From assembly GCF_039596235.1 (NCBI RefSeq), contig NZ_JBCNKE010000008.1, positions 125,946 to 189,945 on the forward strand: 64,000 nucleotides of DNA. Reading direction: 5' to 3'. A program made the position numbers and the translations under genes. Shown in pieces: positions 49,483 to 60,046 of the stretch; positions within the stretch are counted from its first letter, which is position 1; the number at the start of each line of letters is the position of its first letter. The notes below the pieces were generated by a model, which worked only from the letters and a program-made list of their open reading frames with translations, had not been told where the DNA came from and ran no database searches. The DNA comes from Sphingobacterium sp. Its GTDB lineage: Bacteria; Bacteroidota; Bacteroidia; Sphingobacteriales; Sphingobacteriaceae.

Positions 49483-51408
49483 ATGAAATTAAAAGGAATA
49501 TTAGCTCCCTATTTTGCCGTCGCCATTCGCTTTATCTTTCTTTTGGTCATTTACGCCCTGCTGAGATGGGGATTTTACCTGTCGAATGCTTCCTTATTTC
49601 CTAACGTAAACACCCCAAAACTCATTGTGATGTTTGGAGGTGGACTACGTTTTGATATAGTTGCTTTGCTCTACCTGAATATTCTATACATTGTTATGCA
49701 GACGGTACCCGGACCATTCATAGCTAATCCGACCTATCAACGGATTTCCAAATGGATCTTTGTGCTTGTCAATTCGCTGGGAATTGCCCTGAATCTAATT
49801 GACTATGCCTACTATCCCTTTACTTTAAAACGGACTACCGGTACGGTATTGAGCCAGTTCTCGAATGAATCCAATCTTTTCAAATTGGCCTTTGACTTTT
49901 GTATTGATTACTGGTATCTCCTGTTGGTACTTGCGTTGCTTGTTTATGGTTTGTCAAAATCCTATCGATTGATCCAACTGGAAAAACCGAAAAGCTATTC
50001 ATGGAAATCTCTCTTTGTTCAGCTGCCTTTCTTTTTATTGACTGCCTTTCTTTTTATAGGTGGTGTTCGCGGGGGCTGGGCACACAGTACCCGCCCGATT
50101 ACCCTGAGCAATGCCGGTGATTATGTAGATACGCCCGAAGAGATGAATATTGTGCTCAATACACCCTTCAGTATATTGAAAACATTAAAAGCTGTCAGTC
50201 TCAAGCCTGTACATTATTACTCGGAACAGGAACTGACAAAACTGTATGATCCAATCCATCTTCCACAGACAGACAAACCTTTCAATAAAAAGAATGTTGT
50301 TGTGCTCATCTTGGAAAGTTTCGCAAAGGAACATTTTGGTGAACTGAATAAAGATATTCAAGGGGGAAAATATAGAGGATATACGCCTTTTTTAGATTCC
50401 CTGATCCGTAACGGATATACCTTTACCGATACCTATGCGAATGGGCGCAAATCCATCGACGCCTTGCCTTCGGTGATTACAGGCATTCCTTCCATTGGCG
50501 AACCTTTTGTGCTTTCTGTGTATTCGGGGAACGAAACCACCAGCTTGGCTAAGCTTTTAGGAAAGAAAGGATATGAAACTGCATTTTTCCATGGAGCTCC
50601 AAATGGGAGCATGGGCTTTTCTGCCTATATGAAATTGGCAGGAATACAGCATTATTTTGGTAAAAATGAATATAATAACGATCAGGATTTTGATGGGATC
50701 TGGGGAATCTGGGATGAACCTTTTCTACAGTTTACCGCCAATAAAATCAATACGTTAAAACAACCGTTTTTTGCAAGCTTCTTTTCGCTGTCCTCGCACC
50801 ATCCTTTTAAGGTACCGGAAAAGTATCAGGGTAAATTTCCGAAAGGACCACTACCGGTACAGGAACCGATCGGTTATACCGATAATGCACTACGTGAATT
50901 TTTTGCGACTGCATCTAAAATGCCCTGGTTTAACAATACCTTATTTGTGATCTGTGCTGACCATGCTACGGTAAGCTATCTCCCCGAGTATCAGACTGCT
51001 GCGGGAGGATTTCAGATTCCGATTATATTTTATGCCCCAGGTGATAAGCTAGTCGGAAAGGCGGAGAAATTGGTGCAGCAGATCGATATTATGCCTACCG
51101 TCTTAAACTACCTCCATTACGATGAACCTTATTTTGCATTTGGCTCAGATGCATTTAAACCAGGACGGGATAATTTTGTCCTGAACAATAATGCAGGAAG
51201 CTACAATTTTTACTACAAAGATTATATGATGTCTTATGATGGTCTTAAACCGGTTTCCCTCTACAATATGAAACAGGATCGGCTGATGAAACAGGACCTG
51301 ATCAAACAGCATCCAGCGGTCTTGGACACAATGGAAACCAAGATGAAAGCTTTTATTCAACAATATAACAATCGGATGATTGACAATAAGCTGACCTATA
51401 AAAAGTAG
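49483..51408 (+). CDS. LTA synthase-family / sulfatase-fold membrane protein 2
   Basis: TM region; NVVVLILESF, GRKSIDA, SLSSHHPF, CADH. Confidence 0.88.
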   Translation: MKLKGILAPYFAVAIRFIFLLVIYALLRWGFYLSNASLFPNVNTPKLIVMFGGGLRFDIVALLYLNILYIVMQTVPGPFIANPTYQRISKWIFVLVNSLGIALNLIDYAYYPFTLKRTTGTVLSQFSNESNLFKLAFDFCIDYWYLLLVLALLVYGLSKSYRLIQLEKPKSYSWKSLFVQLPFFLLTAFLFIGGVRGGWAHSTRPITLSNAGDYVDTPEEMNIVLNTPFSILKTLKAVSLKPVHYYSEQELTKLYDPIHLPQTDKPFNKKNVVVLILESFAKEHFGELNKDIQGGKYRGYTPFLDSLIRNGYTFTDTYANGRKSIDALPSVITGIPSIGEPFVLSVYSGNETTSLAKLLGKKGYETAFFHGAPNGSMGFSAYMKLAGIQHYFGKNEYNNDQDFDGIWGIWDEPFLQFTANKINTLKQPFFASFFSLSSHHPFKVPEKYQGKFPKGPLPVQEPIGYTDNALREFFATASKMPWFNNTLFVICADHATVSYLPEYQTAAGGFQIPIIFYAPGDKLVGKAEKLVQQIDIMPTVLNYLHYDEPYFAFGSDAFKPGRDNFVLNNNAGSYNFYYKDYMMSYDGLKPVSLYNMKQDRLMKQDLIKQHPAVLDTMETKMKAFIQQYNNRMIDNKLTYKK

Positions 51409-51414
51409 GTCAGC

Positions 51415-52515
51415 TTAATTTGATTGCTGTTTTTGAAATTTGATCCGGATGCTTCTATCGATGACAAAGAGGACTAGGTCATACACGATATAATATAATG
51501 GCATGCTAACAATAAACAATAAGATAAACCCACGGGCATTATGATCAAAAATTCCGTTGACCAAGTAATTGGCTACACTAGTCCAAAACCAGCACAAAAT
51601 ATTAAATGTGGCTGGTACGATCAGATTTCCAATTAACAAGGCATAACGGTAACCGCCTATTTTGTATTTTTTGTAGATATACCTAATATGTAAACAGCAT
51701 AGCATAATGAATCCGATCAATGCAAGGAGTTCTGGATGGATCCAAAGGATGATGTTTGCCAGAAAGGGAGCCTTTTCCCCGACTTCGATCGTAAAGCTCT
51801 CTTTTTTTCGGACAGACTCGATGTTCCAATGAGTCAGCCTGTCCGTTTGCTGTTGGGGCGTGCCTAGATCCGCTGTATATATTTTTATTTTACTCCCCGT
51901 GTGTAGGTATAGCTCAATTGGGCCAAAGGAAGACCAGTACTTGGAGGGAAATAGGAGATATTCAATCTTATATTTTCTGATGATATCCCGCCGGTCATAG
52001 CCCATAAAAGCACGGTATTGAACTTTGATACTGTTTTCTCCCTTATGAAGTTTAGCTGTAAAATAGAATCCGTCACTTAACTCAATTCGTTCCCATTCAT
52101 CTTGCCCATAGTTGATCTCATAATAACCATTGTTGAGCCGCAAAAAGGAGAACTGCGATTTTCGCTGATCCAAAGGAATAGATTTAATCTCTTTTTGGTT
52201 AACATTTACCCTTTCTAAGCGATCTAGATTGAGGGCAAGGAACACCAAAGGAAAGTCCATATTTTCCTCCGCATGGATAATATATTCGATATTGAATTGG
52301 CTCTGATAATCATAATCCAACGTGTCTTGCACAAGCTGTATATCTATTCGCTCACGAAGTACTTTTGCTTTACTTGAAGGAACCAATTGTGCAGTAATAC
52401 TATGGGGACTGTAAGGATTGGCCATGTTGGCTGAGAGCGTCAGCACACGGAGCAAAAGAATAATTGTTAGACCTATTATATTACTGTTCATAATTGCTTG
52501 TTTAATATTATCCAT
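51415..52515 (-). CDS. Hypothetical protein: signal peptide, extracytoplasmic domain, about 3 C-terminal TM segments
   Basis: ANMANP after the signal; EYLLFPSKYWSSFGPIEL; hydrophobic C-terminus. Confidence 0.7.
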   Translation of the reverse strand: MDNIKQAIMNSNIIGLTIILLLRVLTLSANMANPYSPHSITAQLVPSSKAKVLRERIDIQLVQDTLDYDYQSQFNIEYIIHAEENMDFPLVFLALNLDRLERVNVNQKEIKSIPLDQRKSQFSFLRLNNGYYEINYGQDEWERIELSDGFYFTAKLHKGENSIKVQYRAFMGYDRRDIIRKYKIEYLLFPSKYWSSFGPIELYLHTGSKIKIYTADLGTPQQQTDRLTHWNIESVRKKESFTIEVGEKAPFLANIILWIHPELLALIGFIMLCCLHIRYIYKKYKIGGYRYALLIGNLIVPATFNILCWFWTSVANYLVNGIFDHNARGFILLFIVSMPLYYIVYDLVLFVIDRSIRIKFQKQQSN

Positions 52516-52762
52516 GCTGTCGGCAAAAAATGAATCTTGTTAGTTGTTTGATTTGCTGATAATCGATTAGCAACCAGATATCTTCAGGTGAAAGTATAAA
52601 TTAAAATAAAGAAATTAAAACCTCAATTTAGATTCGTAGGTAGAAAACTCACAAAAGCAGTATAAGGCGGGCTTGGGGGAGGATAGCGCTTATACCCAAT
52701 TTATATTCGTAAAATCCTGAAAGAAATCAGGGCTAGGGGAGAGAAGGCAAAGTGCAATAACA

Positions 52763-52797
52763 AAAAAGACCTGTACGATTACCGTACAGGTCTTTTT
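52763..52797 (-). terminator. Terminator of sucAB
   Basis: AAAAAGACCTGTAC-gattacc-GTACAGGTCTTTTT. Confidence 0.85.
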
Positions 52798-52814
52798 ATA
52801 TAATTTGATAACAA

Positions 52815-54059
52815 TTATACACCCAACAACAAACGAGCTGGATCTTCCAATAATTGTTTTACACGAACCAAGAAGCTTACTGACTCACGGCCGTCAATAA
52901 TACGGTGATCGTAAGAAAGCGCGATATACATCATTGGACGGATTACCACTTGTCCATTCTCAGCGATCGGACGTTGGATGATGTTGTGCATACCCAAAAT
53001 TGCTGATTGTGGTGCGTTGATGATAGGGGTTGACATCATGGAACCAAATACACCACCATTAGTTATTGTAAATGTACCACCAGTCATTTCGTCGATCGTT
53101 AATTTGTTGTCACGTGCTTTACCAGCCAATGTAGCAATTGCTTTTTCAATTTGCTCCAAAGACATCGATTCCGCATTACGGATTACTGGTACAACCAGCC
53201 CTTTAGGTGCAGAAACAGCGATGGAAACATCCGCGAAGTCAGAATATACGATTTCATTTTCTTCGATACGTGCATTTACTGCTGGCCATTCAGCCAATGC
53301 TGTTGTTACGGCTTTTGTAAAGAAAGACATAAAACCAAGGCCGATACCAAATTTCTCTTTGAATGTATCTTTATATTTAGCACGTAGATCCATGATCGGT
53401 TGCATATTGACTTCGTTGAAAGTTGTCAACATGGCAGTTTCATTTTTAACGGCAACTAGGCGTTTTGCGATAGTTTTACGTAAAGACGATAATTTCTCAC
53501 GACGCTCATTTCTAGAACCAGCAACATGTGCAGCAGTAGTTGTTGCCGCAGGAGCAGCAGGCTTCGCAGCTGGGGCTGCAGCTTTAGCAACAGGTTGAGC
53601 CTTTTCAGCATCTTCTTTTGTAATGCGGCCATCTTTACCTGTTCCTTTTATAGTTGAAGGATCAATTCCTTTTTCTCTCAAAATTTTTGCAGCAGCAGGA
53701 GAAGCTGTACCAGCAGCGTAGCTATCTGGATCTTCGTCTTTTGCAGTGGCAGCAACTGGAGCTGCATTAGATGATGCCTCAGCAGCAGGTGCAGCAGCCG
53801 GAGCTGAATCGCCAGCAGGAGCTCCACCTTCTTCAATTGTACAAACGACAGCACCGATTTCTAAAGTATCGCCTTCTTGCGCAATGATTCTTAAGATACC
53901 CGCTTTTTCAGCTGGTAATTCAAACGTAGCTTTGTCTGACTCCAGTTCGGCGATGTTTTCATCCATCTCCACATAATCGCCATCTTGTTTCAACCATTGT
54001 GATAAGGTTACCTCCGTGATTGATTCACCTACGGTTGGTACTTTAATTTCTAAGCTCAT
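52815..54059 (-). CDS. sucB: 2-oxoglutarate dehydrogenase E2 (dihydrolipoamide succinyltransferase)
   Basis: Lipoyl domain ESDKA, E3-binding [12 protein letters not shown], catalytic DHRIIDG. Confidence 0.97.
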   Translation of the reverse strand: MSLEIKVPTVGESITEVTLSQWLKQDGDYVEMDENIAELESDKATFELPAEKAGILRIIAQEGDTLEIGAVVCTIEEGGAPAGDSAPAAAPAAEASSNAAPVAATAKDEDPDSYAAGTASPAAAKILREKGIDPSTIKGTGKDGRITKEDAEKAQPVAKAAAPAAKPAAPAATTTAAHVAGSRNERREKLSSLRKTIAKRLVAVKNETAMLTTFNEVNMQPIMDLRAKYKDTFKEKFGIGLGFMSFFTKAVTTALAEWPAVNARIEENEIVYSDFADVSIAVSAPKGLVVPVIRNAESMSLEQIEKAIATLAGKARDNKLTIDEMTGGTFTITNGGVFGSMMSTPIINAPQSAILGMHNIIQRPIAENGQVVIRPMMYIALSYDHRIIDGRESVSFLVRVKQLLEDPARLLLGV

Positions 54060-54122
54060 ATATAATGTTCTTTATTGACAATTGCGTCCTATAGCTAAGA
54101 CGCAATTGATTTTAAATTGTTT

Positions 54123-56864
54123 TTATTCGAATGATTTATTTAAGATCTCTGCTTGTTGGGCAACGTGTTGTTTCATATAACCTGTCGCTGTACTTCCGCT
54201 TTCTTTACGGGCAACGAAACCTGTAAATGCAATTTCAGTACCCATCAATTTGCGGCAATAGTAAGACCATGCACCCATGTTCTCATTTTCCTCCTGAACC
54301 CATACAAACTCTTTTGCTTTATTGTATTTTTTACGGATCGCCTTCAATTGCTCAGCTGGAATTGGGAACAATTGCTCGATACGAACGATGGCGACATCTT
54401 TACGTTTGTCAGCTTCCTGTTTTTCCAATAAGTCATAGTAAACTTTACCCGAACAGAATAATACACGTTTTACATCTTTTGCAGCTACATTTGCATCATC
54501 GATGACCTCTTGGAACACACCTTCTGTGAAGTCTTTCAATGGCGAAACCACTTTAGGATGGCGCAGCAATGATTTCGGTGTAAAGATCACCAATGGCTTG
54601 CGGAATTCGCGTACCAATTGACGACGTAACAAGTGGAAATAGTTGGCCGGCACTGTACAGTTTGCTAAGATCATATTCTCATCTGCACATAATTCAAGGA
54701 ATCTTTCGATACGCGCCGAAGAGTGCTCAGGTCCCTGTCCTTCCATACCATGTGGAAGCATCATCACCAAACCATTTGAACGTTTCCATTTTGTTTCAGC
54801 ACTTGACAAATATTGATCGACTATGATTTGGGCACCATTGTAAAAGTCGCCAAATTGCGCTTCCCAGATGGTTAATGAATTAGGGTTTGAAGAAGCATAA
54901 CCATATTCAAAACCTAAAACAGCATATTCCGAAAGTAAGGAGTTATAAATCGAGAATTTGTCTCCACCTTTGATATTTGCCAATGGAATATATTTCTCTT
55001 CCGAATCTTCCAATGTCAATACCGCATGGCGGTGCGAGAATGTACCACGTTGTACATCCTGACCCGAGATACGAACACGGTTTCCTTGATCCAATAAAGT
55101 CGCGTACGCCATCAATTCACCCATTGCCCAGTCATACGAATCATTGCTGATCATTTTTGCACGATCTTCAAATAAACGCGTGATCTTACGGAAGAATTTT
55201 TTATCAGTAGGTAATGTGGTGATCTCTTTCGCTAATTTTAAGAATAAATCCTTTGTAACTTTAGTTTTATCCGTAGTGGTAGAGACTTCCCCTTTTTTCG
55301 CTGGGCGTAATCCTTCCCAGGCACCTTTAAACATCGGAATATCTTCCGTCAGTACTTCAACTGTTTTTGCTTCCTCAAGTTTGGTCTGCAATTCAGCTTT
55401 AAATACCTTTTCTATATTTTTCGAATACGCTTCATCAATACTTCCTTCGGCGATTAATTTTTTTGCGTATACTTCTTTTGGATTCGGATGTTTCTCAATG
55501 ATTTTGTACAACAAAGGTTGTGTGAATTTAGGTTCATCAGCCTCATTGTGACCAAATCTTCTGTAACATAACAAATCGATAAATACGTCTGTCTTGTATT
55601 TTTGACGGTATTCAACGGCTAAATTAATTGCATAAACGACAGCTTCTGCATCATCGCCATTGACATGGAATACAGGTGAAGACGTGATTTTAGCCACATC
55701 TGTACAATATGTTCCAGAACGTGCATCTTTATAGTTCGTTGTAAATCCGATTTGGTTATTGATGACAATATGTACTGTACCACCCGTTTTATAACCATCC
55801 AGTTTGGACATCTGAGTTACCTCGTATACCACGCCCTGACCAGCGATTGCAGCATCACCATGAATAATGATCGGCGCAATCTTCGATGAATCACCATCGT
55901 ATTTGAAGTCAATTTTAGAACGTACCATACCTTCTACAATAGGATCTACTGTTTCCAGGTGCGAAGGGTTAGGTGCCAAACTTAAATGGACAGATTTACC
56001 ATCGTTTGTTTTAACCTCAGATGAAAAACCTAAATGGTATTTTACGTCACCACCAAAGTTTACTTCAGGATCGTCTGCATAAGTCTTACCTTCAAATTCC
56101 GAGAAGATGGATTTGCTAGATTTACCCATGATATTGGTCAGGACGTTCAAACGACCGCGGTGGGCCATACCGATAACAAACTCCTGGATGCCAATCTCTG
56201 CTCCTTTTTCGATGACCGAATCCAATGCCGGGATTAAGCTTTCTGCCCCTTCTAAAGAGAAACGTTTTTGACCTAAAAATTTGGTGCCCAAAAAGTTTTC
56301 AAATACAACAGCATCATTAAGTTTGTTTAGTATTCTCTTTTTGGTATCCAAAGAGAATTTTGGCATATTGCGGTCCGCTTCCATACGGTCCTGTAACCAT
56401 TTAATTTTCTCGGGATTACGGATATATTTGAATTCTGCACCAATAGAACGGCAATAGGTGTCTTCAACCAGTTGACGGATATCTTTTAATGTTGCTGGAC
56501 CCAAACCCACTTCAACACCTGCATTGAAAACTGTGTTCATGTCTGCCTCAGCAAGACCAAAAGTTTCCAATTCCTTGCCAGGGTAGTACTTGCGTCTTTC
56601 GCGAACAGGGTTTGTATGTGTGAAGAGGTGACCGCGGTCACGGTAACCGTTGATCATGTTCAGCACATTGATTTCTTTCAATACGTGCTCAGGAGTTGCT
56701 TCGCCTACTGAATTTGTTGTTCCACCAGCATGTTGACCGAAATCAAAACCTTCAAAGAATTTTTGCCATCCGAAATCTACCGATTGAGGATCTTGCTTGT
56801 ACGATTGATATAAGCCATCGACATAGGCCGAATCAGCATTACTCAAATATGTCAGATTGTCCAT
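54123..56864 (-). CDS. sucA: 2-oxoglutarate dehydrogenase E1
   Basis: GMAHRGRLN, HGDAAIAGQG, WEAQFGDF, GPEHSSAR; TAACTTTG promoter at 56890-56897. Confidence 0.98.
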   Translation of the reverse strand: MDNLTYLSNADSAYVDGLYQSYKQDPQSVDFGWQKFFEGFDFGQHAGGTTNSVGEATPEHVLKEINVLNMINGYRDRGHLFTHTNPVRERRKYYPGKELETFGLAEADMNTVFNAGVEVGLGPATLKDIRQLVEDTYCRSIGAEFKYIRNPEKIKWLQDRMEADRNMPKFSLDTKKRILNKLNDAVVFENFLGTKFLGQKRFSLEGAESLIPALDSVIEKGAEIGIQEFVIGMAHRGRLNVLTNIMGKSSKSIFSEFEGKTYADDPEVNFGGDVKYHLGFSSEVKTNDGKSVHLSLAPNPSHLETVDPIVEGMVRSKIDFKYDGDSSKIAPIIIHGDAAIAGQGVVYEVTQMSKLDGYKTGGTVHIVINNQIGFTTNYKDARSGTYCTDVAKITSSPVFHVNGDDAEAVVYAINLAVEYRQKYKTDVFIDLLCYRRFGHNEADEPKFTQPLLYKIIEKHPNPKEVYAKKLIAEGSIDEAYSKNIEKVFKAELQTKLEEAKTVEVLTEDIPMFKGAWEGLRPAKKGEVSTTTDKTKVTKDLFLKLAKEITTLPTDKKFFRKITRLFEDRAKMISNDSYDWAMGELMAYATLLDQGNRVRISGQDVQRGTFSHRHAVLTLEDSEEKYIPLANIKGGDKFSIYNSLLSEYAVLGFEYGYASSNPNSLTIWEAQFGDFYNGAQIIVDQYLSSAETKWKRSNGLVMMLPHGMEGQGPEHSSARIERFLELCADENMILANCTVPANYFHLLRRQLVREFRKPLVIFTPKSLLRHPKVVSPLKDFTEGVFQEVIDDANVAAKDVKRVLFCSGKVYYDLLEKQEADKRKDVAIVRIEQLFPIPAEQLKAIRKKYNKAKEFVWVQEENENMGAWSYYCRKLMGTEIAFTGFVARKESGSTATGYMKQHVAQQAEILNKSFE

Positions 56865-57045
56865 TTACAATTAAAACTATGAAATTTGTCAAAGTTATGA
56901 ATAAAAAAAGAGTTTCTAATACTGAAATTGAATAATTTAATCAATAAATCTATCCAATTCTTAACATTTTTAGCGGGTTTTAAAAGTGCCTTGCAGTGCC
57001 CTACAAATTTCTTTTGTTCTGAAATTATTTATTTCTGCCGAAGAT

Positions 57046-58320
57046 TTATTTAGCAAGCAATTCATCCAGTTTTGGAAGACCATTGGGGAAGTTGGTTTTG
57101 ATCAATTTCTGCCAGTCCAAAGCTTTATTGTCCTTATCACTGGTGCCCACTCCAGCAACATGGGCCCATTGTCCATATAAGGTGGCCGGAGAATAGTCCA
57201 AAAGCTGTTCTTCAAACCAGGAAGCGCCTTTTAACCAATTGACCTGATATTCATGCACCAGATAACTTGCGGCGATCAGTCCCGCCTGATAGGGAATATA
57301 ACCCGTTTTTTTAAGTTGTATCATAGTGCTATTGATAAAATCATCGGCTGTCTGACCGGATTTCCATTGCTCAAATAGCTCTTCATTTACCGTTAATGCA
57401 GGAATATCCACTGTACCGCTATTTTTAGCGCCCAATGGTTTAAAAAATATATTAGGATATTTCTTGAGCATAAAACGGAAATAATCCCGCCAAAGTAAAC
57501 TGTCTATTATTTTCTCGAATCGTTTGTCCTTTTTTCCTTCCCCCAGTTTCTTAATGTTGTTGTAAAGAAGAATCGGGGACAAAGCTCCAGCAGCAATAAA
57601 AGGACCCAATATCACTGGATCTTGGTCGGTCTCCGGATAAGTGGACAAAACCGAGTGCATGATACTCAATGCAGTGTCTTCACCACCTAAAATATAAATA
57701 TCATCAACAGACTTGATGTCCTCATCTGAATAGCCCAAATCCTTTAACGTGGGAATCTTAGTGTCCTCAAGATGCGGTGGCGTCAGGAAATTTGAGGGAT
57801 ATGGAATCGGTTGACGTACCGAACTCTCCCTTTCTACCTTTTTCTTGAAAACGGAAAACGCATTTGGAATATCCTTGATCGGAAAAGGCAAATCCTCTTT
57901 ATGGTAAAGTGTGTGCCCGATAAAATGACGCAGGTTGATTTTGCTGTTCCAGAGCTTGCGCTCTACTTTTTCCGAAATGGAAGTCTCACGCAATGCAACC
58001 TCCCGATGGTGATAGACCTCGTTGACCTGATATTTTTGAGCGATACGTGGGATAATATCTTCTGGCTTGCCAATATAAGTCAGCAGGTCACTGCCATGAC
58101 TTTTTAACTTCTCTTTTAAGGCTGTGACAGCTTCGATTACAAAGGCTGCCCGCAGCACACCTGTATTTAAATTGCCAAATTGATTACGGTCGAAATAACG
58201 GGGATCAAAACAATAGACTGGAATGATAAAGGAACTCTTTTCCGAGGCTTGATAAAATACTTCATTGTCATGAAGTCTTAAATCATTTCTAAACCAGATC
58301 ATTGTAGCCCTTTTGTCCAT
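57046..58320 (-). CDS. Photolyase/Cry-DASH family protein with a degenerate FAD domain
   Basis: WFRNDLRLHDN, YCFDPR, WRDYFR present; canonical NRxR and DxDxxxN motifs absent. Confidence 0.88.
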   Translation of the reverse strand: MDKRATMIWFRNDLRLHDNEVFYQASEKSSFIIPVYCFDPRYFDRNQFGNLNTGVLRAAFVIEAVTALKEKLKSHGSDLLTYIGKPEDIIPRIAQKYQVNEVYHHREVALRETSISEKVERKLWNSKINLRHFIGHTLYHKEDLPFPIKDIPNAFSVFKKKVERESSVRQPIPYPSNFLTPPHLEDTKIPTLKDLGYSDEDIKSVDDIYILGGEDTALSIMHSVLSTYPETDQDPVILGPFIAAGALSPILLYNNIKKLGEGKKDKRFEKIIDSLLWRDYFRFMLKKYPNIFFKPLGAKNSGTVDIPALTVNEELFEQWKSGQTADDFINSTMIQLKKTGYIPYQAGLIAASYLVHEYQVNWLKGASWFEEQLLDYSPATLYGQWAHVAGVGTSDKDNKALDWQKLIKTNFPNGLPKLDELLAK

Positions 58321-58845
58321 AGAGGTGAAGATAAATACTTTTTAGTGCAGCCTATTTTCAGAAGATTTACAAATATATAAGGATATTGTGTTTGTGAAAA
58401 TATTTAGGCGTGAATTGACACAAAAAGGACAAAGAAGCGGTTTTGGACAAATTGTCCTCTATCAAAAAAATAAGCTTGGAATTTCATTCCCTTAATTTTA
58501 GTATAGAAAATGCGCCAACCGATCAATGATTGCTCCCTTAGCAACAAAAACAAGTTGTTGCAACAGAAAAAATAAAAATAGTATTAAACTTATTTGCGGT
58601 TTCTCTGTTCTAAAATTAGGAAATTATGATACGGGTTAGTCAACGTATTTGAAGAAAAAACCAACATGGACTTTTGCAATCTTATAGGATAGTCAAAAAT
58701 GAGATCCGGTCAAACATCGGGCTGCTCATTAAAACCGCAGAAGGTAGCATCATGACTGCCTGAAATAAGGAAGATAAATATTGGGAAAAGCTGCAACAAG
58801 CTCATTTTTACCATTAAAAGCGAATGCTCATAAATAATTATAAGA

Positions 58846-59715
58846 ATGAAAAAGGTTTTAATTAGTGGGCTAAATACCTATTTGGGACGACGGGCGTCAT
58901 GCTATTTACAGACGGAGGATTTTGATGTGACAGGTTTGGTACGCAACTTATCCATTTTTAATAAAATTGTGAAAGAGAAAGTAACAGCAAGATTGTTTGA
59001 GCTTGATCTGTTGCGAAAAGGACCGGCTTACGATAATTTTCAGATTAGTGATGTGAACTTCGCGATCTATTTTACGCAGGTTCCGACACTGGACAATGAT
59101 ATACAGCTGCAGCTGGAACTGCTTGGCCTGCGTAATTTCGTTGAAATCTGTAAGCGGGCGGGAAATAACCGCGTGATTTATGTAGCCCGGTTGATGGATG
59201 AGCATTTTTTAGAACCTGTTCGTAATCTATTGGAGGCTCTGCGTGTACAGTATACGATAGTTGTTAAAAGCAGTGTTATCGGAAAGGAAAGTGTCCTGAA
59301 CCGGATTTTTGGCAAACTGGCCAAACGGCAGACGATATTTTATTGGAACTGGGTCGCTTCCCTGAAATTTCATCCCTTGCCCTTGTTGGATGTGTACCGT
59401 TGGTTGCGGGAAATGCCTTGGGAGGAAAATTTTATATCCGAGATTATCTATCTCGGCGGGCATGAAGAGGTGACGTTTAGAAACTTATTTTATCAATTTC
59501 TCAAATATACTTCCGGCACGCAAAAACGCGAGATTGGTGTGAATAAATTCTTCGCGAAGTTACTGCTGAGCCGGTTAAACGATATCAATAAGGAAGATAT
59601 TGATGAGTTTAGAAGAGTACTCTATTATGAAAAAAATGTAGATAATTCGACTTGGCAGAAAGTTCAGCCCTTTGAATTTACGCCACTGAAGGCTTATGTT
59701 AGCATGGATACCTGA
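58846..59715 (+). CDS. Atypical SDR/Rossmann-fold protein (YbjT-like), degenerate
   Basis: VLISGLNTYLGRR N-terminal Rossmann-like motif, VTGLVR. Confidence 0.65.
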   Translation: MKKVLISGLNTYLGRRASCYLQTEDFDVTGLVRNLSIFNKIVKEKVTARLFELDLLRKGPAYDNFQISDVNFAIYFTQVPTLDNDIQLQLELLGLRNFVEICKRAGNNRVIYVARLMDEHFLEPVRNLLEALRVQYTIVVKSSVIGKESVLNRIFGKLAKRQTIFYWNWVASLKFHPLPLLDVYRWLREMPWEENFISEIIYLGGHEEVTFRNLFYQFLKYTSGTQKREIGVNKFFAKLLLSRLNDINKEDIDEFRRVLYYEKNVDNSTWQKVQPFEFTPLKAYVSMDT

Positions 59716-60046
59716 TTTTGCTGAATTGTCTGTTTTCTATCGGTCTGAAAGAACCTTCAGTTGATTTTCCTGACTGTTGCTGCTTATAAGAGCATGAAGG
59801 TTTTTTTCTAAATGGTCTATTTTTTATTGATTCGCATTCACCAATACTAAAACGCTATTCCTAGATAGTGCTATGGCGCTGCAGCTGTGGCAGGAGATAG
59901 TAAGTAGGCTTTTTAGCTTACTGACCTGATACATTAAATTAGCTTGTCAGTGTGATTTCAGTGGGGATAAACAGGAATGAATAATTATTTACTTCTAAAA
60001 TATTCTGTTAAATTTGTGGATTAACGCGTTGATACAGATTTAATAT

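Noticed and set aside
58321-58845. Riboswitch or sRNA in the long intergenic regions (also 34560-34830 and 52520-52760)
   Set aside because: Only short stems are present, with no aptamer consensus I can recognise. An Infernal/Rfam search would be needed.
59778-59796. GCTTATAAG as a fourth operator copy
   Set aside because: Only the TTATAAG core matches; the CCAYC/RTGG arms and the RRCG tail are absent.
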